Notes: a model not told the origin generated them from the sequence alone. 64,000 nt of DNA from an uncultured Candidatus Saccharibacteria bacterium (GCA_964440975.1 CAYYKI010000002.1:163-64162), one strand, 5' to 3'; shown: positions 33,104 through 43,661, numbered from the stretch's first letter. Made by a program: numbers and translations.

Positions 33104-33517
33104 TTAGGCGGCTGACAGGTGATGCTTAACGCGCTCAATGACGTCCGCGATTACTACTTGGCTCTTAACAAGGAAGTCGTCGGCACCGAGTTCTTTGGCC
33201 TTTGCCTTGTCTTTATCTTGAGATAACGCGGTAAGCATAATCACCTTGATACCCTTTGTCTCAGCAGTGTTACGTAGAATATCAAGCACTTCAAAACCGC
33301 TGATTTTTGGCATCATCACATCAAGTAGTACTAAATCAGGCTTGAATTCAATGGCTTCTGATAGGGCGTTCTCACCATTGGGAACACGGTTTACATTGAA
33401 CCCCTCGCTCTCGAGGCGCATTTTATATACGGAGGCCAAACCATCGTCGTCCTCAACAAGTAAAATCTTCTTTCGATTGTCTGCAGCGGGCTTTGTGTCG
33501 TCTTTTGTTGTAGTCAT
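33104..33517 (-). CDS. Single-domain response regulator (CheY-like, canonical)
   Basis: 137 aa: ILLVEDDD, DLVLLDVMMPKISG, VIMLTA, FLVKS. Confidence 0.85.
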   Translation of the reverse strand: MTTTKDDTKPAADNRKKILLVEDDDGLASVYKMRLESEGFNVNRVPNGENALSEAIEFKPDLVLLDVMMPKISGFEVLDILRNTAETKGIKVIMLTALSQDKDKAKAKELGADDFLVKSQVVIADVIERVKHHLSAA

Positions 33518-33538
33518 AATGCTCCTATTGTAGACTGC

Positions 33539-35155
33539 TTATGCCTTTTGACGCAAGATGGCTTCTATAAAACCGTCAAATAATGGGTGTGGACGGTTAG
33601 GTCTCGATTTGAATTCTGGGTGCGCTTGGGTAGCCACGAAGTACGGATGATCTGCGATTTCTATCATTTCCACCAATTGCCCATCAGGACTCATGCCGGA
33701 TATTACGAGGCCTTGTTCAGCCAACACTTCCCGATAGCTGTTATTGAATTCATATCGGTGACGATGGCGCTCAACAATCACCTTTTGCCCATACACCCGA
33801 TGCGAAACTGTCTTTGGCGTTAACACGCAGTCATAGTCACCTAAACGCATGGTTCCACCGGTGTTTTCTTTACCTTGCTGCTCGCTCATAAGGGTGATTA
33901 CTTGATGAGGGCTGCCTGAATCGAATTCGGTAGAATTGGCTCCTTCCAGTCCTGCCAGCCTCGCAACACCCACTGTTGCAGCATGCAATCCTAAGCAGAG
34001 GCCTAAATACGGTTGCTTGCTGTGCATTGCACTCTGGGCTGCCTTTACCTTGCCCTCAAAGCCCCGCACACCAAAACCCCCCGGCACCACTATACCGTCG
34101 TACTTGGCCAATTCCTTTGATGCCGTGCTAGGAGTCATCGACTCCAGTCCTTCAGCGTCTACCCACTGTAGCTCAACCCGTGTTGATCGATGCCAGCCTG
34201 CGGCCTTTAGCGCCTCAACAACAGACATGTACGTGTCATCGTTATCTAAGTACTTGGCGACAATGCCTATCTTCACCTTACTTGTATGGTTGTCGCAGGC
34301 CTTCTCAACCATCTGTCGCCAAGCACGTTGGTTTGGTTTTTTTGACTTTAGCTTGAGTCGCTGGGTTATATATTCACCGATACCTGCCGATTCGAGTGTC
34401 AAAGGAACCTCATAGACGGTTCGGGCATTTGGTAGCAGGGCAATTCCCTGGGGCGACACACCGGTAAAAGCTGCAAGCTTAGGAATGATGTTATCTGGCG
34501 CTGGCGATTCAGTCCTGACTGCAAGAATATCTGGTTGAATACCAACCGATCGCAGATCGCGTACCGCGTTTTGAGCAGGTTTAGTTTTAAATTCTTTACT
34601 CGTACCTAAATACGGGACATATACGACATGCACAAACAATGAATTGTCATAGCCAACTCTAACGCCAAGTTCCCTAATAGCTTCAATGAATGCTGGGCTT
34701 TCATAATCACCAACCGTCCCGCCAATTTCTACAATATGCACATCAAAGTCGCGTCCTAAGTCCATTATTTTTTCTTTGATTGCATCGGTGAAGTGCGGTA
34801 TTACCTGAACAGTCTTACCTAGAAAGTCACCGGCACGTTCTGACTTAATGAGATTCAGTAATACCCTGCCACTCATCAATGAGCTGTCTCTAGTAAGCTC
34901 GATATCCAAAAAGCGCTCATAGTGCCCTAAATCGAGATCTGTTTCTGCTCCATCTTTCGTAACAAAACACTCGCCATGTTCCGCAGGATTCAGCGTCCCT
35001 GCATCAACGTTTAAATAGGGGTCGCATTTTTGAATATTCACACTAAGTCCGCGACTTTTCAGAATATTACCGATACTTGCAGCGGTAATACCCTTCCCTA
35101 ACCCAGATAAAACACCACCGGTTACAAAGATGTATTTGGTTGGCGCTTTAGACAT
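33539..35155 (-). CDS. pyrG: CTP synthase
   Basis: 538 aa. It has the N-terminal GGVLSGLGKGI motif, the GATase Cys in YLGLCLGLH, and HRHRYEFN. Confidence 0.95.
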   Translation of the reverse strand: MSKAPTKYIFVTGGVLSGLGKGITAASIGNILKSRGLSVNIQKCDPYLNVDAGTLNPAEHGECFVTKDGAETDLDLGHYERFLDIELTRDSSLMSGRVLLNLIKSERAGDFLGKTVQVIPHFTDAIKEKIMDLGRDFDVHIVEIGGTVGDYESPAFIEAIRELGVRVGYDNSLFVHVVYVPYLGTSKEFKTKPAQNAVRDLRSVGIQPDILAVRTESPAPDNIIPKLAAFTGVSPQGIALLPNARTVYEVPLTLESAGIGEYITQRLKLKSKKPNQRAWRQMVEKACDNHTSKVKIGIVAKYLDNDDTYMSVVEALKAAGWHRSTRVELQWVDAEGLESMTPSTASKELAKYDGIVVPGGFGVRGFEGKVKAAQSAMHSKQPYLGLCLGLHAATVGVARLAGLEGANSTEFDSGSPHQVITLMSEQQGKENTGGTMRLGDYDCVLTPKTVSHRVYGQKVIVERHRHRYEFNNSYREVLAEQGLVISGMSPDGQLVEMIEIADHPYFVATQAHPEFKSRPNRPHPLFDGFIEAILRQKA

Positions 35156-36351
35156 TACTGACTCCCTATTTTAGTTTTTAATAACTCGACTGCTTTATTG
35201 CGTTGTACATCTTGTAAAGGATTATCACCGGCCTTTACTTCGATATCAGGCTTGATCCCCTCTTTGTCGATGTTCTTTCCTTTGGGTGTGTACCAACGAG
35301 CAATAGTTACTTTTGCCATGCCGCCGTAATCAAGCTCGATGAGCTCCTGAACACTACCTTTACCGTACGTAGTAAGGCCTACAATTGTCGCAACCTGATA
35401 ATCCTGTAGAGCACCTGCAACTATTTCGCTCGCACTAGCACTGCCCTCATTAACCAGCACTACTGTTGGCAGCCCCTTGAAGTAGGCGCTTCCCGTGGCT
35501 TCTAGCTTATCGACTGATACATCTCCGCGTTTTTGCTCAACCACAACTTGATCCTTCAACCACAATCCAGCGACATGGGTTGAGCTGGTTAATAATCCAC
35601 CCGGATTATTTCTTAAGTCCAAGATGACCGCTTTAACGCCCTTCTCTTTCATTTCTTTCGCTGCTTTATCAATCAGCCCATCCGTGTCCGCTCCAAATTG
35701 CGCTAGGCGCAAGTAACCAATAGTATTGTTTTCTAGGTATTCAGCTTTTACACTTGAGATCTTGATCTCTTGTCGGGTAATTTCGACGTCGACCGTCTCG
35801 CCGCTACGCAATAGTTTTAGCTTAACCTTTGAACCGGCCACACCCCTGATCTTTAACACTGCTTCATCTAGCGTAAGGCCTGCAGTATCCTTACCGTCAA
35901 TCTCAATTATTATGTCCTTGGGCTTTACGCCTGCTTTAGAAGCGGGATAGCCATCAATAGGAGTAACCACCCCGGGCCGATCACTTTCTTTTCCTAATTC
36001 GGCACCGATCCCCTCAAAGCTACCTCGCATCTCACTATTCAGTAGCTCTGATTGTTCAGGACTTAGGTAGTTGCTGTACTGATCGCCCGCTGCATCTACC
36101 AAGCCCTTTTTAAGCCCATCGATAAGCTTTGTTTCGTCTAACTGCCCATCGAACTTATTGCGCAGCGTAGTATACACTTCATCAACACTTGCATAGTCAA
36201 GCTTTTTTGGTAACTCCTTGTTTGATCCTACGGGGCGAGTCGAAAAATGAAGCTTACCGAGCGGGACTTGTGTCCCAATTAGGAAGGCTATTAAGAGGCC
36301 TAGTATCAGCAATACAGAACTTGATCGCTTGTTGTGCGTCCGTACGCTCAC
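35155..36351 (-). CDS. S41 family C-terminal processing peptidase
   Basis: 398 aa with an N-terminal anchor, a PDZ domain (GVVTPIDGYPASKAGVKPKDIIIEIDG) and the catalytic Ser region NEGSASASEI. Confidence 0.9.
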   Translation of the reverse strand: MSVRTHNKRSSSVLLILGLLIAFLIGTQVPLGKLHFSTRPVGSNKELPKKLDYASVDEVYTTLRNKFDGQLDETKLIDGLKKGLVDAAGDQYSNYLSPEQSELLNSEMRGSFEGIGAELGKESDRPGVVTPIDGYPASKAGVKPKDIIIEIDGKDTAGLTLDEAVLKIRGVAGSKVKLKLLRSGETVDVEITRQEIKISSVKAEYLENNTIGYLRLAQFGADTDGLIDKAAKEMKEKGVKAVILDLRNNPGGLLTSSTHVAGLWLKDQVVVEQKRGDVSVDKLEATGSAYFKGLPTVVLVNEGSASASEIVAGALQDYQVATIVGLTTYGKGSVQELIELDYGGMAKVTIARWYTPKGKNIDKEGIKPDIEVKAGDNPLQDVQRNKAVELLKTKIGSQ

Positions 36352-36427
36352 TAACCTCTATCCCCCTGTTATCTATACCGATAGATTCTAGCACAACACG
36401 CACTGACGCTGCTACTTCTTTTTAAGC

Positions 36428-37537
36428 TTAAAAGTGGATGAAGTACAAACCGCCAGTACCAATAGTCATTTCGGAATACTCACCTTGGACCGCAAAATTG
36501 TATTGCGAAACGAATATTGTTCCATCGCTATTTACCCGTTCAACGTACATAGCATGCCCATAATACCCTGCCATCGATATCGCTACATCTCCAGCCCGCG
36601 GCGTACCGTCTACCGGGATGCCCGCTGCCCGTGCGTTTGCAGGCCACTGGTTGGCATTGCCGTGCCCACCCCAATAAGGCATATTTCGTCCCGTCGCCCA
36701 GACTTTCCAGGCAGTGTATGACACACACTCGCGGTTATACATACCCCAGTTATCCACTAACGAGTCACGAGGTGCGTTTGCCCATACAGCAGGATACCCC
36801 CCGCTACCGCCTGTTGTTAGTCCCCGAACTCGTAAGCGAGAGGCCAGCTCAGCATTTATTGCACGCTGTGCTTCTTGAAGCTCGTTCACTTGGGCCTTAT
36901 ATGCCGCTTCATCGCCCTTTGTTTTATCAAGTAAGAAAGCCTGCTCACTCTTAGCACCGCTAAGCTGCTCTTTTTGCCCTTCCTGTTGCTCCTTAAGTTT
37001 CTCTTGTTCAGCTTTTTGTTCCTCAATTTGCTGCTTCAGCGCAACGACTCGCTTTGTAGAATCCTGTATTCCCGTTTTGAGCTGCTCAAGGTACTTTTGC
37101 TCGTTCACAAAATCAGAAAAATTATTACTGTTAGCCAACATTTCAATAGTGCTCACATCTCCAGTAACATACAATTCTCGCATGCTGGCTTTTAGGAGGG
37201 CCTTCTGTCGCTCCAACTCCTTGGAGGCATCCTCTAGCTTATTTGTAAGTTCTGATATTTTTATGCTAGTTAGTTCTATTTGTGCTGAAACCTGACTAAT
37301 TTGGTTGTTGAGTTCGGCAAGTTTTTTCTGCAAAGAATCCGCCTGCGCACTTAACTCTTTTACCTTCTGATTACCTTCGTCAATTTGCTTTTGTAGTTCT
37401 GCACTACGCGATGATAACTCCGAGTTTGTCAGCGCCTTGGCTTTTGGACGAGGTGCCCCCAAAGCACATAAGAATATGAAGACTGTTGCTAGCAACAGCC
37501 ACGAAAACCGTATAATGCGCGCTTGTGTGGTGGACAT
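36428..37537 (-). CDS. Coiled-coil plus CHAP-domain peptidoglycan hydrolase (PcsB-like)
   Basis: 369 aa with a signal or anchor sequence and about 200 aa of heptad-rich coiled coil. The C-terminal CHAP domain has Cys (NRECVSYTAWKV) and His (YYGHAMYVERV). It lies directly downstream of ftsEX. Confidence 0.8.
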   Translation of the reverse strand: MSTTQARIIRFSWLLLATVFIFLCALGAPRPKAKALTNSELSSRSAELQKQIDEGNQKVKELSAQADSLQKKLAELNNQISQVSAQIELTSIKISELTNKLEDASKELERQKALLKASMRELYVTGDVSTIEMLANSNNFSDFVNEQKYLEQLKTGIQDSTKRVVALKQQIEEQKAEQEKLKEQQEGQKEQLSGAKSEQAFLLDKTKGDEAAYKAQVNELQEAQRAINAELASRLRVRGLTTGGSGGYPAVWANAPRDSLVDNWGMYNRECVSYTAWKVWATGRNMPYWGGHGNANQWPANARAAGIPVDGTPRAGDVAISMAGYYGHAMYVERVNSDGTIFVSQYNFAVQGEYSEMTIGTGGLYFIHF

Positions 37538-37644
37538 AGCTCTTATAATCCTAATGCTTATCTCCTATCTTGTCAAGCCCTCGACCCCATATAGCCGTAG
37601 GCATGCCGATTCAGTATACCAATTGCCAGATAATTGTACAGCAA

Positions 37645-38607
37645 TTACCATCGCTTTAACTTAAGGTGTTTTTCCATGGCCAAAAGACTAGATATTATTC
37701 CAATCATTGCACCTAACGAAACTATTGCTAGATATATGACAATCCAATTTGATTTGTACAAGCGAATGGTATTCTCAACCGGGATCTGTTCTAGTAACGC
37801 CGGACTTCTGCCTATCGCAATAAGCACTCCGGTCACGGTTATGTAGGCAAGCGTTCCAGCCACAACACCATACATACTCGCTTCAAACAGGAACGGTCCT
37901 CTAATATAACTCGGTGCTGCGCCAATAAGCTTCATGATGCGAATTTCTTCAGCTCGGGTAAAAATAGCCATCCGTATCGTGTTAAAAATTATTAACACCG
38001 AAATGCCTCCAAATAAAATCGAGGCTGCAATAGCCGCTTCTACCATATATTTCTTGGCGTTCGCTACTACCTGCACCGTGCGTTCTGCGTCTTTCTTATT
38101 TTTGCTCGTCTTGCCAACGCTAACGGTCGTCACGACATCCTTATCAAAACCTTTTGATAGCGCTACTGGCTCTACGTCAGCACTCTTTTGCAAGTCGTGC
38201 AACACAACATCAAACGATGCAGGGAGCGAATTACCACCCGCTACATTAAATCCTTCGAGGATTTCCGGATCACTGGCGTAGCGATCCTGGAATCTTCGTA
38301 GCGCCTCGTCCTTAGAAATGTAAGTAACCTTAGAAATGAACGATTGTTTCTCAAGCTCCTGCTTAAGTTCCTGCACCCGTTCGTTAGTTGCAGAGTCACG
38401 AATATATACCGCAACGGTAAATTGTTCCGAGTATCGGTTAATGGTATCGCGCATTACGAGATTTATGGCACTACCCGCAAGCACAACCACAAGCGCAACG
38501 TACATAACAACCGTGGCAGCCACTGTTAGCCAAGCATTACGGCCAAAGTTTTTAAAGCCTGCGGCGCAAATTCTACGAAACATGATTAGTGATCGCTGTG
38601 GGTTCAT
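37645..38607 (-). CDS. ftsX: Cell division permease-like protein FtsX
   Basis: 320 aa. TM1 is followed by an extracellular domain and three C-terminal TM segments. It overlaps ftsE by 4 nt. Confidence 0.9.
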   Translation of the reverse strand: MNPQRSLIMFRRICAAGFKNFGRNAWLTVAATVVMYVALVVVLAGSAINLVMRDTINRYSEQFTVAVYIRDSATNERVQELKQELEKQSFISKVTYISKDEALRRFQDRYASDPEILEGFNVAGGNSLPASFDVVLHDLQKSADVEPVALSKGFDKDVVTTVSVGKTSKNKKDAERTVQVVANAKKYMVEAAIAASILFGGISVLIIFNTIRMAIFTRAEEIRIMKLIGAAPSYIRGPFLFEASMYGVVAGTLAYITVTGVLIAIGRSPALLEQIPVENTIRLYKSNWIVIYLAIVSLGAMIGIISSLLAMEKHLKLKRW

Positions 38608-39287
38608 GTTAGGGTATACTCCCCTTCTGCTTGGTCGCTGGCTACTTGACCGCCACGAATTGTAATTACTCTTCGCTTTAACTTATCAACTATCTCTTTA
38701 TTGTGCGTCGTCAGCAATACAGTAGTTCCATACTTATTAATCTTCAAAAGCACATTTATAACATCCCAAGCATGTTTGGGGTCGAGGTTGCCGGTTGGCT
38801 CATCAGCGATAAGAATTTTTGGCTGACGCACAATAGCCCTGGCAATCGCGACCCTTTGTCGCTCACCGCCTGATAATTCTCTCGGGTAGTTATTCTCCTT
38901 GCCAGTTAGACCAACAATACTGAGCACCTTAGGCACAGTGCGCCGGATCTCACGATTACTCATACCTACTATCTCGAGCGCAAAGGCTACGTTTTCAAAA
39001 ACCGTCTTATTAGCGAGAAGTTTAAAATCCTGGAAAACAACCCCTATTTTACGACGCAATAAGGGAATGTCGCGATCTTTTAGCCGATCGTAATCGATAC
39101 CACCAATAATAATTTTGCCGCTAGTTGGCTTCTCTTCCCTTGTAAGTAGTTTCATAAGCGTACTCTTGCCCGCACCACTCACGCCAACTACAACAACAAA
39201 CTCCTTCGGCTCAACATGAAGGCTGATGCGATTGAGGGCTGTGGTTTTATCACCGTAAACTTTAGTAACTCGGTCAAGTAGAATCAT
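38604..39287 (-). CDS. ftsE: Cell division ATP-binding protein FtsE
   Basis: 227 aa with Walker A GVSGAGKST, the ABC signature LSGGERQRVAIARA and Walker B ILIADEPT. Confidence 0.95.
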   Translation of the reverse strand: MILLDRVTKVYGDKTTALNRISLHVEPKEFVVVVGVSGAGKSTLMKLLTREEKPTSGKIIIGGIDYDRLKDRDIPLLRRKIGVVFQDFKLLANKTVFENVAFALEIVGMSNREIRRTVPKVLSIVGLTGKENNYPRELSGGERQRVAIARAIVRQPKILIADEPTGNLDPKHAWDVINVLLKINKYGTTVLLTTHNKEIVDKLKRRVITIRGGQVASDQAEGEYTLT

Positions 39288-39341
39288 GCTTTAGTAGTTT
39301 ACCATAAGCAACTTAGTTGCGGACGCCTACTTTTTGGAAAT

Positions 39342-40427
39342 TTAAGTACTTAGGGTTGACTCTAGGAATGCATCAATAAAGCCATCTAAATCACCATTAA
39401 GAACCTTATCAGGATCACTCGACTCAAAACGCGTTCGCAAATCTTTAACTTGTTTGTACGGATGCAGCACATAGGATCTGATCTGATTTCCCCACTCGGC
39501 TGACTGATTGGGGCCCTTCAACTCATCGAGTCGTTCCAGATGCTGCTCTAGGATGAGCTGAGCAAGCCTAGACCGCAAAACCTTTAAGGCTGTTTCCTTG
39601 TTTTGTAATTGAGATCGTTCGTTCTGTATGGCTACCGTTAAGCCTGTTGGTATATGGGTCACCCTGACCGCTGAGTCGGTGGTATTAACTGATTGGCCAC
39701 CATGCCCCCCTGCACGGTATACATCAATACGCAAATCCTTATCATCAATCTGCACTTCGTCGGGTTCATCAATGGACGGCACAACCTCTACTTTTGCAAA
39801 CGATGTTTGTCGTAGGCTATCGGCATTGAAAGGGCTTAAGCGAACTAAGCGATGCACACCATGCTCACCTTTCAGTAAGCCATAGGCATTTGGACCGGCA
39901 ATCACTAGCGTGACGCTTTTTATGCCTGCCTCCTCGCCACTAGATTGCTCAATAGTTTCCACGCTCATAGTATGAGACTCAGCCCAGCGAACATACATTC
40001 TGAGTATCATCTGGGCCCAATCTTGAGCATCCGTACCACCAGCTCCTGCATGTATACTTACAATTGCGTCGTGGTCGTCGAACTTTCCGTTAAATCGCAG
40101 ACCACTCTTAAGTAGTTCAAATTCCTTTTGCATGTGCACTATTTGCTGCTGCAGCTCTGCTAGCAGTGAGACATCATTTGTTTGAAGTAATTCTGCTGTA
40201 TCGTTTATATCTGCTCGCAACTTAGACCAAGGGCTCACAACTGCTTCGAGTTTTGCAACATCCTTACTAACTTTCTGCGCCTTCTGATTGTCGCTCCAAA
40301 AATCAGCAGATTGCATGCTTTGCTGCATCATACTAAGGTCAGTCTCTTTTTGTTCAATGCCTAGCTGATCGCAAGCAGAGATCACCTGCTCTCTTAATTC
40401 GTTTAGCTGCTTTTGCTGATCTAACAT
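39342..40427 (-). CDS. prfB: Peptide chain release factor 2 (single uninterrupted ORF)
   Basis: 361 aa with SPF (VRLSPFNAD) and GGQ ([10 protein letters not shown]) motifs. The N-terminus is in the same frame, so no +1 frameshift site is needed. Confidence 0.9.
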   Translation of the reverse strand: MLDQQKQLNELREQVISACDQLGIEQKETDLSMMQQSMQSADFWSDNQKAQKVSKDVAKLEAVVSPWSKLRADINDTAELLQTNDVSLLAELQQQIVHMQKEFELLKSGLRFNGKFDDHDAIVSIHAGAGGTDAQDWAQMILRMYVRWAESHTMSVETIEQSSGEEAGIKSVTLVIAGPNAYGLLKGEHGVHRLVRLSPFNADSLRQTSFAKVEVVPSIDEPDEVQIDDKDLRIDVYRAGGHGGQSVNTTDSAVRVTHIPTGLTVAIQNERSQLQNKETALKVLRSRLAQLILEQHLERLDELKGPNQSAEWGNQIRSYVLHPYKQVKDLRTRFESSDPDKVLNGDLDGFIDAFLESTLST

Positions 40428-40448
40428 AGAAGGTATTATAGCTTAGTT

Positions 40449-41102
40449 ATGCATAATGGACTGATGGTTGGTGTTTTCGATACAGGCAAAGGTGGTCGGT
40501 TGGTAGCCGATCAGCTCGCCAGTATTTTTCCTGAAGCACAATTTGAGGTTGTAGACGATGCCCTTAATGCTCCGTATGGAACTAAGAGTAACGCTGAGAT
40601 TAGAGAGCTTTCTATTGCAGCTGTGCAACCACTTATAAATCGTGGCTGTCAGACAGTAGTTGTTGCCTGCAACACCGCAACTACGGTTGCCATATCGGCT
40701 CTTCGAGAAACCTACCCTGACATTCATTTTATTGGCATGGAACCTATGGTTAAGCCAGCCGCCCTGGCAACACAGTCTGGAACAATTGCAGTATTAGCAA
40801 CTCCAGCTACTTTACGCAGTCAAAGGTATCGGGAACTAAAGGACAGTTTTGCCTCAGAAGTTATTGTGCATGAACCAGATTGCACTGATTGGGCTGAACT
40901 TATTCAGCAGAATAACTTTCCACTCGAAAAACTTGATATAACAGCCGATGAAATTACCAGCGCCGGTTGCGACCAAATAGTAATAGCGTGTACCCATTAT
41001 CTAGACATAATCAACGCCCTTCGACAAAGACTACCTGAAGTCGTGAACATTCAGGATCCAATACCGCCGATTGCCAATCGTTTACGTCAACTTAGTGCTT
41101 GA
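40449..41102 (+). CDS. murI: Glutamate racemase
   Basis: 217 aa with motifs VFDTGKGG, VVACNTAT and VIACTHY. It is somewhat short for the family. Confidence 0.8.
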   Translation: MHNGLMVGVFDTGKGGRLVADQLASIFPEAQFEVVDDALNAPYGTKSNAEIRELSIAAVQPLINRGCQTVVVACNTATTVAISALRETYPDIHFIGMEPMVKPAALATQSGTIAVLATPATLRSQRYRELKDSFASEVIVHEPDCTDWAELIQQNNFPLEKLDITADEITSAGCDQIVIACTHYLDIINALRQRLPEVVNIQDPIPPIANRLRQLSA

Positions 41103-42370
41103 ACTGCAGCTTTAAACTGCTCACCTCGATCTATGTAATCCTTAAACATACCGAAACTCGCACATGCCGGAGACAGCAAGACAACCCCGCCCTTTTTAGA
41201 CTGCTTTGCTGCCAGAGCCACAATGTCCTGCATAGTCGTGTCACTACCTAGATTTGTGTAGTTACTGAAACCTCGCTGCCGCAATAAACCTTCCAAGGTC
41301 CCTGACATTTGACCAATTAATATGACCGTATGCCTCTCATCTAGCGCAGCAACTACTGGTTCTAAATCGATTCCTTTATCTGAGCCACCCAGTATAACGA
41401 CACTTGATTCATCAAAAGTGTTCATTGCGGCAATAGTAGAAATAGGCGCAGTGGATTGACTGTCGTCATAGTACCGAACACCGTTTTTTTCGGCAACAAA
41501 CTCCAGTCTATGCGGTAACCCCTTGTAGCTCTTGAGTGTATTCTTTAGCGCCTGCATATCTCGTGCGACCTGCCATACTGCAGTTGCGGCAGCACAGGCA
41601 TTTTCTACATTATGCGCACCAATAAGCCCTAGCTCCTTGGTCGCGCATATCACCTGTCCATCAATACATATATTGTCATGTTCAACATATGCAGCTGGTG
41701 CCTGCATATATGCTAACTTTTGTGCCTTGGATTGAGCGACTATTGTTTGCACATACTCGTTCGTAGGGTGATGAATGAGCACATCGGCCGCATCCTGATG
41801 TAGCGTTATTTGAGCTTTCGCATTTACATATTCTTCAACTGAACGATGTACATCCTGATGCTCTTCTACAATTACCAACAAAACGGCAATGTGTGGTGAT
41901 TTTTTTAGATCCCATAATTGAAAGCTAGAGAGCTCAAAAACTACTACATCGTTTGACTTAATGTCTGGCAGGACTTGCAGTGCGGGCGTGCCTATATTGC
42001 CAACAAGGTGAGCCCTTATTCCGCTAGCCTTGAGGGTCTCGAAGATAAGTGATGCAGTAGTCCCCTTGCCCTTTGTTCCGGTAATCCCGATGATTGGACA
42101 AGGGCATTGCGCAAAAAACTCATTCGTTCCAGACCAAACTTTTCCGTTAGTCTTTATGCTATCTGGGCGAATGGAAGGGCTACGCAACACTAGATCAAAG
42201 TCATCCAACTGGCTTAGCGCATCATTACCAGAAATTAACTTCACGCCCTGAGGTGTCTTATATTTTGGCCGATCCGAAGTATCGACAATTGTAATATCGT
42301 TATCTTTTTTAGCATAGTATGCATACGAGGCTTGACCCTCATCTCCATAGCCTACGATTGCAATTTTCAT
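41087..42370 (-). CDS. murD: UDP-N-acetylmuramoylalanine--D-glutamate ligase
   Basis: 427 aa. It has an N-terminal Rossmann-like domain, the Mur ligase P-loop GITGTKGKGTT and a C-terminal domain ending in ACASFGMFKDY. Confidence 0.8.
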   Translation of the reverse strand: MKIAIVGYGDEGQASYAYYAKKDNDITIVDTSDRPKYKTPQGVKLISGNDALSQLDDFDLVLRSPSIRPDSIKTNGKVWSGTNEFFAQCPCPIIGITGTKGKGTTASLIFETLKASGIRAHLVGNIGTPALQVLPDIKSNDVVVFELSSFQLWDLKKSPHIAVLLVIVEEHQDVHRSVEEYVNAKAQITLHQDAADVLIHHPTNEYVQTIVAQSKAQKLAYMQAPAAYVEHDNICIDGQVICATKELGLIGAHNVENACAAATAVWQVARDMQALKNTLKSYKGLPHRLEFVAEKNGVRYYDDSQSTAPISTIAAMNTFDESSVVILGGSDKGIDLEPVVAALDERHTVILIGQMSGTLEGLLRQRGFSNYTNLGSDTTMQDIVALAAKQSKKGGVVLLSPACASFGMFKDYIDRGEQFKAAVQALS

Positions 42371-42373
42371 GCT

Positions 42374-43657
42374 CTAATCTTGCCACAAAGGCGCGACAAT
42401 GTCTCGCAATTCACGCGCATGTCCGACACCACAACTTCCAAGCACCCCAAGTGCCCAAAGTTTGGGGCTAAACATTTTGTCGATAACCGCAATGATATCC
42501 TGTCTAGTTATGGCTGACAATTCACTGGCTGTGTCATTAAAATTCCTAATCTCTTCGTCCATAAAGTAACGCCGGCTATATAGCGCGCTCAGTCGGCTGA
42601 TTTTTTGCACACTCATTTGCAATGCCCCTATGTAGTATTCGCAAGCTGCCGACAGTTCATCATCGCTAAAACTACCGTCACGTAAGGTTCTAATTGTTCG
42701 CCGAACAAGTTTAAATAATGCTTCGCTATTATCTATACTTACCTGACCACTAATACCCCAATTAACATTGTCTAGGCTCGTCATGTGTGACACGTCTATA
42801 TGATATATAAGGCCGTCTTCTCTAGCTTGCCCGTATAATAATGAGTTCTCTCGTTCGCCCAATAACACATCCAGCAAACTCAATGCTCGCTCCTCTTTAC
42901 GGCTAATGGGTTCATTTAGGAAAGTATCGAGGCTAAAGTACATATTCTTGACGCCACTTCGCCGAATATACAATACGTCTTTTTGCAGCTTGGTCTTTTG
43001 CTTAGGGTAGCTAAACCGTTCACCACGCTTGAGCGGCAAGTGGCGCAGAAGTTTGACAATTTTAGCTTGTCGACCACGAAGATTTCCACAAATGATAAAT
43101 CGCAAATTGTCAGTTGTGTGGGTTCGGGCAAAGTGAGCCTTAATATCTGCAAGCTCAACATTGGCCATTAGTTTTACGCGCTCTTTGTCAGTCATGCTTA
43201 TGTAGCCGGTGCTCATTGCCATTTTTTGGAATAGGTAGCGATAGTGGTTGTTCGAGCGACTAATCATCTCTTCTCTCACATTGCTATATTCGGATGCAAA
43301 CTCAGCATCAATAAACTTTGGTTGACTAATCGATAGGAGCAATAAGTTGAGGATCCTGTCCCACTCAAAATCAGCGCATTCTGCCAAATAATGTAACGAT
43401 ATCACGTCGGTCGAGGCATTGTTATATGCACCGTTTTTTTCGAAGTCAGCAGAAAAGTTACGAGCGGACGGATAGACCTGATTTGCGCCAAACACCATGT
43501 GTTCCATGATGTGTGGTGTCTCCCATTTTTTACGAGGTACCAAGTAATGTCCTGCCCTAAATTCAAAATCAAAATTCATTACCGTCGCACTTGGCACATG
43601 GATAAATAGGCCGCGGATACCATTGGGCAATACTACTTCTTCAACAGTGTGCTTCAT
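42374..43657 (-). CDS. M16 (pitrilysin/insulinase) family zinc peptidase
   Basis: It has the inverted zinc motif HIMEH (HxxEH). I prefer the start at MKHTVEEV (43657), 4 nt after the secA stop. The longer ORF-track start (43780) would overlap secA. Confidence 0.8.
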   Translation of the reverse strand: MKHTVEEVVLPNGIRGLFIHVPSATVMNFDFEFRAGHYLVPRKKWETPHIMEHMVFGANQVYPSARNFSADFEKNGAYNNASTDVISLHYLAECADFEWDRILNLLLLSISQPKFIDAEFASEYSNVREEMISRSNNHYRYLFQKMAMSTGYISMTDKERVKLMANVELADIKAHFARTHTTDNLRFIICGNLRGRQAKIVKLLRHLPLKRGERFSYPKQKTKLQKDVLYIRRSGVKNMYFSLDTFLNEPISRKEERALSLLDVLLGERENSLLYGQAREDGLIYHIDVSHMTSLDNVNWGISGQVSIDNSEALFKLVRRTIRTLRDGSFSDDELSAACEYYIGALQMSVQKISRLSALYSRRYFMDEEIRNFNDTASELSAITRQDIIAVIDKMFSPKLWALGVLGSCGVGHARELRDIVAPLWQD

Positions 43658-43661
43658 GTGC

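Noticed and set aside
39342-40427. A programmed +1 frameshift in prfB.
   Set aside because: The whole 361-aa RF2, including the N-terminus, is in one frame. No in-frame TGA or CTT TGA slippery context is needed.
40443-40727. A 94-aa minus-strand ORF opposite murI, plus the many 60-180-aa ORFs nested antisense or out of frame within topA, rsmH, the CHAP gene, secA, tsf, rpsB and others.
   Set aside because: All lie inside well-supported conserved genes, lack motifs and show composition typical of shadow frames.
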